From a virus, in the IMG/VR virus record IMGVR_UViG_3300020731_000011: a stretch of 64,000 nucleotides of DNA; one strand, written 5' to 3'. Numbering within the stretch: position 1 is the stretch's first letter; the number at the start of each line of letters is the position of its first letter. Of the stretch, positions 41,527-50,962 are shown in pieces. A program made the position numbers and the translations under genes. Below the pieces are notes generated by a model. The model did no database searches. It worked only from the letters and a program-made list of their open reading frames with translations, and was not told where the DNA came from.

Positions 41527-41925
41527 AAAACAAAAAAGGTATCTGGGTAGACCAGAAAATAAAAAAGGTATTTTTTTATAGTCTCTACCGATTGACTTCC
41601 TATTTAGCAAGGATCATTGACATCAACGAGATCTGAAGCTAGATCAGATACACCTTGTGGGCCTGCAGTGATATAATGTCTATAAGAGAGGTCTATTTAT
41701 TTTTTTCTGTGTCATCCATTTCCAAGCGCTAGGGCTATGCTACTCTGGACCAGTGGCCTAATTGCTACGCAGACTATATAATAAATCAACTGCTCTTACA
41801 TTCATAAATATACTAGTTTTGGAGAAAAAACAAAAAAAGTATCCAGAAAACAAAAAAAGTATTTTTTACTATAAAAACAAAAAAGGTATCTGGGTAGACC
41901 AGAAAATAAAAAAGGTATTTTTTTA
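41527..41925 (+). repeat. 52-nt exact direct repeat (41527-41578, 41874-41925) built from AAAA(C/T)AAAAAA(G/A)GTAT units
   Basis: AAAACAAAAAAGGTATCTGGGTAGACCAGAAAATAAAAAAGGTATTTTTTTA occurs twice; further units at 41827 and 41847. Confidence 0.9.
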
Positions 41926-42116
41926 AAATAAAAAGAAATAAAAATTAAATTGAATTAAAATCCTCTATTATAATAATCATCTCTAGATTATACGCACGTG
42001 AAAAGAAAGTAGAAGGGGGTAATGGAATGAGTAAATCTAAAATAGATTTGATATTATAAAAAGAAATATATTCTAAAGAGCTTTTAAATATCAAAATTAC
42101 TTTTTACTTTTACTAT

Positions 42117-42362
42117 ATGAAAAACACAATTGAAATACTAATCGATAGGCTAGGCTCTGAAAAGGTGCACTTTAAATTCACAAAGGTAGACGGCACTTTA
42201 CGTGAGGCTCTAGGCACAACAAATCCAGAACTACTACCATTAGAGGCCAAAAGGGGTGGAGATCGTAAAACTCCAAAAACGGGCGTGGTAAATTTTTATG
42301 ATTTTATTGCAGACGGGTGGAGATGCTTTCAAAAGAGCTCGGACATAATCATCTTAGAATAA
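42117..42362 (+). CDS. WYL_2 / SH3-like beta-barrel protein
   Basis: VHFKFTKVDGTLREALGT...YDF...GWRCF. Confidence 0.7.
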   Translation: MKNTIEILIDRLGSEKVHFKFTKVDGTLREALGTTNPELLPLEAKRGGDRKTPKTGVVNFYDFIADGWRCFQKSSDIIILE

Positions 42363-42620
42363 TATAACCTACTCATATACCTCCTAATTCCTCATAATCA
42401 CAATGTAAAAGTACACCTTATTTTTGACACTTGACACTATTTTCTAGTATATTTGTTTTTATAATATCGTCTAAAGTCAGTCGCAGAGCGGAGTATACCC
42501 ATCCTCGGTAAGTAGCTCCGAACCTTTCAGTGATTGCTGGCGTTGCAATTTGATAGGGTAAAAGTAAAAGAAATACCTGACACTTAGAAATTATTTATCA
42601 GGTATTTCTTTTTTTAATGT

Positions 42621-42944
42621 CTAGATCTGTCCTGACCTAGTAGCGAGAAATAGCAGATCATTGAGCTCGATCATTGCCTGATAGGCCGCTGATTTTGAGT
42701 GGGCTCCTATGTGAAACTCTATAGGCTCATTCTTATCCAACACTCTGCCCTCTTTCCAGTCATATATTGTGAATACCTCGCCAAGATCATTTTCACAATC
42801 CCAGTCAAAGTTGGTTTTATCCTTGCCAGTATTGTATTGGCCTTGAGGCTCTCCTATAATATGTATAAGATCATTTACTGAGCATGTCACTGTGTGACCG
42901 CCGAATGTTGTTCCGCCTGTAGATTTGTTTGTTAGCTTTGCCAT
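42621..42944 (-). CDS. hypothetical phage protein
   Basis: own minus-strand cassette ending CAACTAAAAATTATG. Confidence 0.7.
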   Translation of the reverse strand: MAKLTNKSTGGTTFGGHTVTCSVNDLIHIIGEPQGQYNTGKDKTNFDWDCENDLGEVFTIYDWKEGRVLDKNEPIEFHIGAHSKSAAYQAMIELNDLLFLATRSGQI

Positions 42945-43084
42945 AATTTTTAGTTGTTTATTATGATGTAAAAGTAAGACAATGATTTGACACTTGAAAG
43001 AAAATTATCGTATATTTGTTTTTATAAATTAGCAAAACAAATACTTGTAAAAAAACTACCTACTTTAGATTATGTGTTGTATAT

Positions 43085-43986
43085 TTGCCCTACACAAAAC
43101 AACTAAAAGATATGATAAAAACAATCGAAATGGATTGCATTCCATTCACAGACAATCAAAAGGAAGATCAAAAATTCTGGGGCATTTTAAAGCAAAAGAA
43201 TATATTGCTGAATATTATAACTTGGAATGGTCCAGGAGGAGGATGTCCAGTAGTAGAATTTACAGGATCAGATGAAGATCTGCGTTATATATTGGCTGAG
43301 ATATTCTATGCTGATGAGAATGATATTGCAATGTATATGGGAGAGGAATAAATTACAAAAACAAATACTTGTAAAAAAGCCACCTACTTTCAACTTTATT
43401 TTATACTTTTACACTACAATAAACAACTAAAAGATATGAATAACACATCAAAAATCACAGTAAATGGACTTACATTCCATTTCTCTTACACTACATTAGT
43501 GGCAATAGAAGATTCATCTATTCGAGTAGTACATAAAAACATTTGGAGTCGTACTACCGCCAAACATCTTAATAATATAGATGGTGGATGGATAATGAAT
43601 CGAGTTAATGCTGATGAATTTAATAGGGTAGTGTTGCAAATGTGCGCTGCTCATGGAGTGGATTCAATACCCACTTTAAACTAAAAAATATCTGACTAAA
43701 AGCTTTATATTCTCAAAATAATCTCTTACTTTTACATCACACTAAACAACTAAATACAATGGCAAAGACACTCACAAATAAACAGACACTTACAAAGATG
43801 ATTAACTCACTCGACCCTATCCAGTTAGGAATACTTAGAGAGAGGATACTCGCGATGACAGAGAATATATTAGAGAATGAACAGGAGATTCGTAAGTCTA
43901 TGGAATCAGAAGGCAAAAGGTCAATGATACATCCAGACTACTACTTCCAGACGATGGAGTCAATCAGAATCACAATGGAGTATTAA
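43085..43986 (+). CDS. three small cassette-driven ORFs (~43114-43351, 43436-43684, 43759-43986)
   Basis: each starts immediately after a cassette leader. Confidence 0.65.
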
Positions 43987-44059
43987 GAAAATAAATACCT
44001 GAGATAAAAGTACAAAGTCTCAGGTATTTTTCTTATCTTTACAATCTCAAAATAATAAC

Positions 44060-44599
44060 ATGGACCACAAACATATACACGAACTAATTGCCGGCTGTAA
44101 AAACAACGATAGGCAGTGCCAGGAGGAGGTGTATAAATACTACTATCCAAATATGCGCCAGATGCTCTATAAATACTTTAAAGATATTAGAGACTTAGAT
44201 GAGGTAATCAATGATGGGTTTCTCAAAGTATTCAAGAAGATAGATTCATACCAAGGTATTGGCTCTTTTGAGGGCTGGGTGAGAGTGGTGATTAAGAATA
44301 CGGCTCTCAATACTATTAAGTCTCCAAAGCATAAAGATATTACTAATGATAGGGTAGTACTTGCTGAGATTAAAAATATGTGGAGATCAGTGGCTTATAA
44401 TGACAATGGGGAATATGAAGCGGCAAAGCAGTTTGAGATTGCTATATCATTGCTGCCTAAATCCTCTGAAAAGGTGATGAGACTTGCATCTATTGGATAT
44501 AAATATCGAGAGATAGCAGATATGCTAAATACAGCCGAAGGCACAATTAAATGGCATGTTGCAAAATCAAGGCAAAAACTGAGCTTTTTATTATCTTAA
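44060..44599 (+). CDS. ECF-type RNA polymerase sigma factor
   Basis: LIAGCKNND..CQEEVY, D..N.GFLKVF..I, F.GW...V..N.AL, Y.EIA.ML...EGT.KW...KSR. Confidence 0.88.
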   Translation: MDHKHIHELIAGCKNNDRQCQEEVYKYYYPNMRQMLYKYFKDIRDLDEVINDGFLKVFKKIDSYQGIGSFEGWVRVVIKNTALNTIKSPKHKDITNDRVVLAEIKNMWRSVAYNDNGEYEAAKQFEIAISLLPKSSEKVMRLASIGYKYREIADMLNTAEGTIKWHVAKSRQKLSFLLS

Positions 44600-44673
44600 A
44601 ATAAATGTAATAAAAAAGTGCAAATTATCAAAAATTAGTTGTACTTTTACATCACACTAAACAACTAAAAGAT

Positions 44674-44913
44674 ATGACAACTACAGAAGCATTCAAGGCA
44701 TTTAGAGCTATTGCAGCGGACAAACTCACTACCGAGGAGATATTTAAAATTTATGACATAATCTCTGCAGCTAATATGGGGGGCTGGGAAGAAGGTAGGA
44801 AATCTATGTTATCAATATATGCTCCTCATGTATATAAAATTCTCTATCCAGAGCAAGAGACTCCGCTTAATTTAATACCTGGATTTATGGGTACGGAGAT
44901 AGCCGTAAAATAA
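44674..44913 (+). CDS. hypothetical protein
   Basis: cassette-driven ORF. Confidence 0.6.
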   Translation: MTTTEAFKAFRAIAADKLTTEEIFKIYDIISAANMGGWEEGRKSMLSIYAPHVYKILYPEQETPLNLIPGFMGTEIAVK

Positions 44914-44995
44914 AGAACTAGTGGTTGTGAGTGACTAATATACAAGGTACCGCTATAGGGAAAGACATATAGTATATTGTGGAACTCTCAAATTT

Positions 44996-45081
44996 GGTCA
45001 GGTGGTGCAATTGGTAGACAACTGGTAGATGGGTTCGAATCCATTACAGTAGGTATGTAGGTTCGAATCCTACCCCGACTA
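44996..45081 (+). ncRNA. tRNA-like RNA with the anticodon arm replaced by a second T-arm-like hairpin
   Basis: GGTCAGG/CCCGACT acceptor, Leu-type D-arm TGGTGCAATTGGTAGACA, two GGTTCGAATCC loops. Confidence 0.65.
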
Positions 45082-45168
45082 CTTAATAAGAAAATAAATA
45101 TCTGATTAAAAACTTTTTATTTTCAACTTTATTTTATACTTTTACACTACAATAAACATCTAAAAGAT

Positions 45169-45672
45169 ATGAACACATTTGTAATTAAAAAAGAACACTT
45201 AAATACAGAAAATTACTATATTGGTAAAGAGGATTTAAGTAATTATCAAGGAAATATAGAATCAGATAAGTATCTTGGAATAATAAAATTCTACAATACT
45301 TTAAAGGCTACTGGTTATATAAATTTTGGATTTGGCAGTGGTATTCAAGCTGATGGGAGTATTAAAGCTGGTTGGAATATTCAAGCTGATGGGATTATTC
45401 AAGCTGGTTGGAGTATTCAAGCTGGTGGGAGTATTCAAGCTGGTGGGAGTATTATTTGTAAAGGAGATCTATCAAGTAAATTGAGAATATTTGCAGGATT
45501 AACCACTTGGAAAATACCCACTCGAGAAGAAATGCAAATAAAAGTAGGCAAATTAGTAGAAGGTAAAATATGTTATGGCGAGCTAATTGAGACTGGATTG
45601 CCAAAAGAAGATTGTTGTGAAAATAAAATAGTGGAGATAGACGGAAAAAAATACCAATTAAAAGCTTTATAG
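45169..45672 (+). CDS. hexapeptide-repeat (IQAGxS) beta-helix protein
   Basis: GIQADGSIKAGWNIQADGIIQAGWSIQAGGSIQAGG. Confidence 0.7.
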   Translation: MNTFVIKKEHLNTENYYIGKEDLSNYQGNIESDKYLGIIKFYNTLKATGYINFGFGSGIQADGSIKAGWNIQADGIIQAGWSIQAGGSIQAGGSIICKGDLSSKLRIFAGLTTWKIPTREEMQIKVGKLVEGKICYGELIETGLPKEDCCENKIVEIDGKKYQLKAL

Positions 45673-45754
45673 TAGAAAAACAAATACCTGAGATAAAAGT
45701 ACAAAATATCAAAAATTAGTTATACTTTTACATCACACTAAACATCTAAAAGAT

Positions 45755-45850
45755 ATGAATATTAAAGAAATAGCATTATTATTAGCAGGAGGCGCTATCT
45801 GCGCGTTTCTTATTTGGTTGGCAATGTTTATTATTGCCGTAGTTGGATAA
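45755..45850 (+). CDS. 31-aa single-pass membrane peptide (not in ORF track)
   Basis: MNIKEIALLLAGGAICAFLIWLAMFIIAVVG directly after a cassette leader. Confidence 0.6.
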   Translation: MNIKEIALLLAGGAICAFLIWLAMFIIAVVG

Positions 45851-45926
45851 AAAATATCTGACTAAAATCTTTATATTCTCAAAATAATTTCTTACTTTTA
45901 CAGCATACTAAATAACTAATAGCAAC

Positions 45927-47592
45927 ATGGGATTTTTCAGCTGGTACACACAAGACACAGGCGAATCAATCGCCAATAACTACTCATCCAGACCAACATT
46001 TACTGTATTTATGGTAGATGATAAGGGGAATAAATGGAGAGAAGATGACTATGAAGGATACGGAGTATTCGGTGGCAAGGATTATTTTCAACTTCTTGCT
46101 GAGATGAATGGTATCGCAATAGGAGATCTGGACAAAGACAGAGATGCGGGCATAGATCTTGCCTTTAAAGATTCTCCAGAAGGAGATAATCCAAATTGCA
46201 AACATCCAAATCTAGTAGAAGATCCTAATTGGGAATGGAAGAATGACTATCCAGAGTCTTGCCCAAATCAAGGTTATTTTTATGAGGACGAGGACGAGGA
46301 TGAAGAGGAGTGGTATGATGTAGATGATGAGGCATGATAGTAGAAAAACAAATACCTGAGATAAAAGTGCAAAGTCTCAGGTATTTTTTATACTTTTACT
46401 TGAGGCTAAATGAATTTGCCTCTCAAAATAACTAAAACATATGTATAATCTTTCAAAATCACAAAGCTCAATCACAGCCAAAGTAGAAAGCTTAATAGGT
46501 CGTATGGACAAGATGACAGAGGTGGATATTAAATCTGAATTCATTTCTGTTCTAAATGATCAAGAAACTTCAGTAAGTGATAAGACTAGAGCTTACTGGA
46601 TTAATGAGATCTCAAAATGTAAAAGCAAAATAGCTCTTATGTTTTCTATTACTAATTTACACCTTGCTGGCTGCGATCTTAGATTAAATCCAAAGAGGGA
46701 TTAATATAAAAAATATCTGACTAAAAGCTTTATATTCTCAAAATAATTTCTTACTTTTACTTGAGGCTAAATGAATTTGCCTCTCAAAATAACTAAATAC
46801 AATGGCAAAGACAATAATCACGCTCGATCCAAAAGCACAAGTACACGGAAATGGAAAAAATTTGTATGCAGTATCAGTATCTAATATTGATGATGATTTT
46901 GGAGATTCCGTTATAACTCTGATAAAAGCTGATAGCGAAGATGAGATATATGATGATGTGTTTTATAAATATGGAGATGATATGGACCAGGATGAGTTTT
47001 ATGAATATTGGCAAATAGCAATTACACTCATAGGAAAAATATCATAGTAGAAAAACAAATACCTGAGATAAAAGCTTTATATTCTCAAAATAATCTCTTA
47101 CTTTTACTTGAGGCTAAATGAATTTGCCTCTCAAAACAACTAAAAGATATGAGCACAGCACAATCATTTACACTACCTAATACACAAGTATTCTGTAAAG
47201 AGGTAGATCCAGCAAAAATCACTCTCGCAATTAAATATTTGCGACTACTTGGTGTACCAGTCTATAATAATACTAGAGAATATGATTCTGAATATCCTTA
47301 TATCATGTTTGATAGAATTTTGATGACTCAGACTAATGAAAATTGGATTAATAATAATGATTGCAAATCTGTAAATACAGTAGAGGAATTTGTAGCCCTA
47401 TTTGAAGGTCATAAATCAATTAAAATTGAACACGTAACCTCATCTAATTACACTGCAGAAATAGATAGTAATGGTATCAAAGTTGGCTGTCAAGATGTAA
47501 TTATCCCAGCATTTCTTGAAGTGATAAAAGCAGCTATGACATATAAACTGATCACTCTTGAAGACATCACTGCAGATCATCAATATGAATAG
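45927..47592 (+). CDS. four cassette-driven hypothetical ORFs (45927-46337, 46441-46704, 46802-47047, 47149-47592)
   Basis: each starts at a cassette leader. Confidence 0.65.
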
Positions 47593-47679
47593 TAATTTTA
47601 CAGAATAGATAATAAAGTGAGTATAATATTCTCTCCTCTGCTCACTTTAATGCAAAATAATTCCTCCCTTGGCATTGAG

Positions 47680-47706
47680 AGTCCTCTAGAAATAGGGGAT
47701 TTTTTC
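47680..47706 (+). terminator. intrinsic terminator
   Basis: TCCTCTA-GAAA-TAGGGGA followed by a T-run. Confidence 0.65.
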
Positions 47707-47939
47707 TAAACTTGCTAAATAGATTTTATTTTCTATTCTATATTATATATAATTGTATTATGGATTTTATCTTTGAGTGTACTATAGAATTAAAAAACAG
47801 ACAGAGATAATATCCGCGTCTAGTTCATTATTGGCACAGGAGATGGTTATAGAAAAATTTGGATATTCTTCTAAACTTTTATATATAAAATTTCTACTTT
47901 GAACGAAACGAGAGAAAAATCATGATATTTATTACAGTA

Positions 47940-48340
47940 CGAGAGCATGTAAGGTGTGACGACCAAAATACTCAATACTATAATTTAGTTTAAATTTTTT
48001 ACATTCAATATTCAGGGTCGTCACCATAGGGCTTAAAAGCCACCTGAAAAAATTACAGCGCTTCTCTTTAGAGGCGCTTTTTTTATGCCTCAATTCACAG
48101 GTGGTGGTAGAATACCTGGTAAATATAAACTACTAGACTTCAATTGTAAATGATTGTTGGATCTGGTCAATTAAATCTTACAGTGATGGCCCTGGTTACC
48201 TTTTGAATAATTTCGGACTGAACGCATGCCCGCGCTAGGACGCCCATCGGTAAGTCGTGAATGCAATCTGATTTTTATCAATATTGTAAGATCACATATA
48301 ATTACTATTAAATTATTCATCTATAAGGGCGGGTGATATA
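47940..48340 (+). ncRNA. unclassified structured RNA or leader region
   Basis: stems GTGACGACC/GGTCGTCAC, GCCACCTG/CAGGTGGT, ATCTTACA/TGTAAGAT, CGCCC/GGGCG; ATATTTAT box at 47924. Confidence 0.4.
48057..48084 (+). terminator. intrinsic terminator-like hairpin
   Basis: AGCGCTTCTC-TTTA-GAGGCGCT followed by TTTTTT. Confidence 0.7.
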
Positions 48341-48640
48341 TTTAATTATATTCTATAATATAGGCTGACTCTAACAGAGAGAATTCTGGAGAATATACTA
48401 AAAAAACTTGACTAATAGAAAATTTAAAGTTAATCCTACCTACTCCAGATAATAAAAAGAAATAACTACAAAGTATAATAAAAAGAAGACTAAGAAATAT
48501 AAATCTACTCCAGAAAACTAATATAGTATTAGGGGGTTATAGGGGACTCCCCCCATATTATAAGAACAAATATCTAATTTAGGACTTTATTATTTGAAAA
48601 GTATCTCTTACTTTTACACTACACTAAACAACTAAAAGAA

Positions 48641-49615
48641 ATGTCAAATCAACTAAGTTATTCTCAAAGGTATTATGCACAGCTAAAAGCTAAACAACTT
48701 GGTATCTCAGTAGATGAGTACCTTACATCAAGAGGTCGTTTACTAGTAAATGGTGAAATTAAAGTAGTAGATAAGAAGCCAATATCATTTGATAAAGTCA
48801 AGTCACTTGATGCTATCAATGTAAATGATAATATGCTAAAAACATATAAGAGTGGATTGGCAATTGATAAACTTATCTCATATGAAGGTGGCCTGCCAGT
48901 TGGTACAAATATAATGTGTACCGGAGATCCAGGTGTTGGGAAAACAACTGTTCTATTGCACACCTTAGCACATATGCAAAAAAATAATCCAGATCTGAAA
49001 TGCCTGTTTATATCATGTGAAATGGGCAAAATACAACTTTTCAAATATATGCAAAGATTTCCTGTATTTGGTTGTGTTAAGACTTTGATTGCAGCCGATT
49101 ATCTTAATGATAATATGAAAGATGTGATCGAGGGCCTGCTTAAAGAAGGTTATGACTATGTGCTTATTGACTCTCTCGCAGAAGTTCTTGAGTCAGTAAA
49201 AGAGAATACTAGTATGAGTATTAAAGAGGCTGAGAAGTGGATAATTGATTTGTGCATTAATCATAATGAGGGCCAGAATGATCGCAAAGCCTACACATCA
49301 TTTTTACTTATCCAACAAGTTACTAAAAACGGTACTTTTGTAGGTAGTAATAAAGTAAAACATTTAGTTGATGCACACATGGAAATGAAGAGAGAGAAAA
49401 TGTCTGATGGTGGTGGCACATATATAGTATTCACGAAAAATAGGAATGGTCAATCAGATAATAAATGGAGCTATCAATTATCAAATAACGACATACATTA
49501 TGGCTATATAGTAGATGAAGCCGAGAATGATGCCTCAGACGCTACAGACAATATCCCAATCCAATTTATAATTAATCGTAGTGGTGCAGATTTGGAATTA
49601 GGCATATTAAATTAA
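48641..49615 (+). CDS. RadA/Sms-like RecA-fold ATPase
   Basis: GDPGVGKT, IDSL, G.FVGSN.VKHLVD, KNRNG. Confidence 0.8.
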   Translation: MSNQLSYSQRYYAQLKAKQLGISVDEYLTSRGRLLVNGEIKVVDKKPISFDKVKSLDAINVNDNMLKTYKSGLAIDKLISYEGGLPVGTNIMCTGDPGVGKTTVLLHTLAHMQKNNPDLKCLFISCEMGKIQLFKYMQRFPVFGCVKTLIAADYLNDNMKDVIEGLLKEGYDYVLIDSLAEVLESVKENTSMSIKEAEKWIIDLCINHNEGQNDRKAYTSFLLIQQVTKNGTFVGSNKVKHLVDAHMEMKREKMSDGGGTYIVFTKNRNGQSDNKWSYQLSNNDIHYGYIVDEAENDASDATDNIPIQFIINRSGADLELGILN

Positions 49616-49694
49616 AGAAATAAATACCTGAGATAAAATTATAAAGTCTCAGGTATTTTTCTTACTTTTACACTACACTAAACAACTAAAAGAT

Positions 49695-49895
49695 ATGGCA
49701 AATATAACAGCAGATCGCAATGGAGCATTTAAACTTCTTGATATACTCAGAGATGAGTGGGATATGAGCGACAAAGAAATATTAGAATATCTAGTGTATA
49801 ACTGGATGAGTGGCTCAACAGCTTATCAGGCTATGGTAGATACTTTTGAAGAATATGACTTGTCTATACCAGGCAAAGAAAAAGATATGGAGTAA
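49695..49895 (+). CDS. hypothetical protein
   Basis: cassette-driven ORF. Confidence 0.6.
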   Translation: MANITADRNGAFKLLDILRDEWDMSDKEILEYLVYNWMSGSTAYQAMVDTFEEYDLSIPGKEKDME

Positions 49896-49978
49896 AAAAA
49901 TATCCTCTAAAAAGTTTTTTTAAGTCAAAACAATCTCTTACTTTTACATCACACTAAACAACTAAAAAAATAACAGTT

Positions 49979-50812
49979 ATGGAAAATCAAACAGTTTTAG
50001 CGCAAGGCAACAAGAACAATCAGATCTCAGTAATGTCACTCGAGTCAGCAATCCAACGAGCACCTGGTATCTCAGCTCCAGGTCCACATCCACGCCTTAG
50101 CTCAAATTATAAGTTTGTATCTTCTAAGGACTTGATAGAACATCTCGATAGTCAAGGCTGGCAGCTTACAAATGTAAAGCAGTCAAAGAGCAAAAATGAC
50201 AGCTCTCTCTACACTACCTATGGCACTCATATCATGCATTTCCAAAATCAAGATCTCTATATGAAAGATGATCGCGGAGGTATTGAAGGTCGTCCAGAGA
50301 TAGTTGTAATTAACAATTCTAATGGTGATCGTCCTCTTCAGATTGAAGCCGGCATTTTTAGGTTGGTATGTAGTAACGGGTTGGTAATCAAGACTCAAGA
50401 CTTTGGCTCAATGAAAGAGCGTCATATCAAATACACTCAGGCAGAGATTAAGGATATAGTCAGCCATAAGATAGTAGATATGGAGCAGGCTGTAAATAAG
50501 ATCAATACCTGGAATATGATTGAAATGACAGACAAGCAGCGTTTTCAATTTGCAACAGAGGCTCTGGCCCTAAGACTGTCAGATGATCGTCTTCCAGAGC
50601 AATATGAAATACTTGATTTGCTGCAGCCTAGACGTAAAGAAGACACTGGCAAATCTTTGTGGCTAACCTATAATGTTATACAGGAAGGCCTGGTTAAAGG
50701 CGGTTTTTCACTCAATAATCGTGAGGCGCGTGCCATTAAAAATCCAATCGCAGAGCTTAATATCAACCAGGACCTATGGACTTTGGCTGAAAAATATGAA
50801 ATTATAAAATAA
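49979..50812 (+). CDS. DUF932/DUF945-family protein
   Basis: NSNGD, GIFRLVCSNG, H....., LW..YN..QE. Confidence 0.8.
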   Translation: MENQTVLAQGNKNNQISVMSLESAIQRAPGISAPGPHPRLSSNYKFVSSKDLIEHLDSQGWQLTNVKQSKSKNDSSLYTTYGTHIMHFQNQDLYMKDDRGGIEGRPEIVVINNSNGDRPLQIEAGIFRLVCSNGLVIKTQDFGSMKERHIKYTQAEIKDIVSHKIVDMEQAVNKINTWNMIEMTDKQRFQFATEALALRLSDDRLPEQYEILDLLQPRRKEDTGKSLWLTYNVIQEGLVKGGFSLNNREARAIKNPIAELNINQDLWTLAEKYEIIK

Positions 50813-50835
50813 GTTGTGTTGTTTAGTTGTAGAAG

Positions 50836-50861
50836 AGGCTCACATAATAGTGGGCCTTTTT
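50836..50861 (+). terminator. intrinsic terminator
   Basis: AGGCTCAC-ataata-GTGGGCCT followed by TTTT. Confidence 0.75.
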
Positions 50862-50962
50862 GATATATAGAATATCATAGTACAAAAATAAATATTTGAC
50901 TAGAAGCTTTATAATCTCAAAATAATCACTTACTTTTACATCATACTAAATAACTAAAAGAT

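Noticed and set aside
48040-48340. RNase P RNA or group I intron identity for the 48-kb structured region
   Set aside because: No GAGGAAAGUCC or ACAGAA...GGCUUA motifs, and no recognisable P7 elements or flanking exons.
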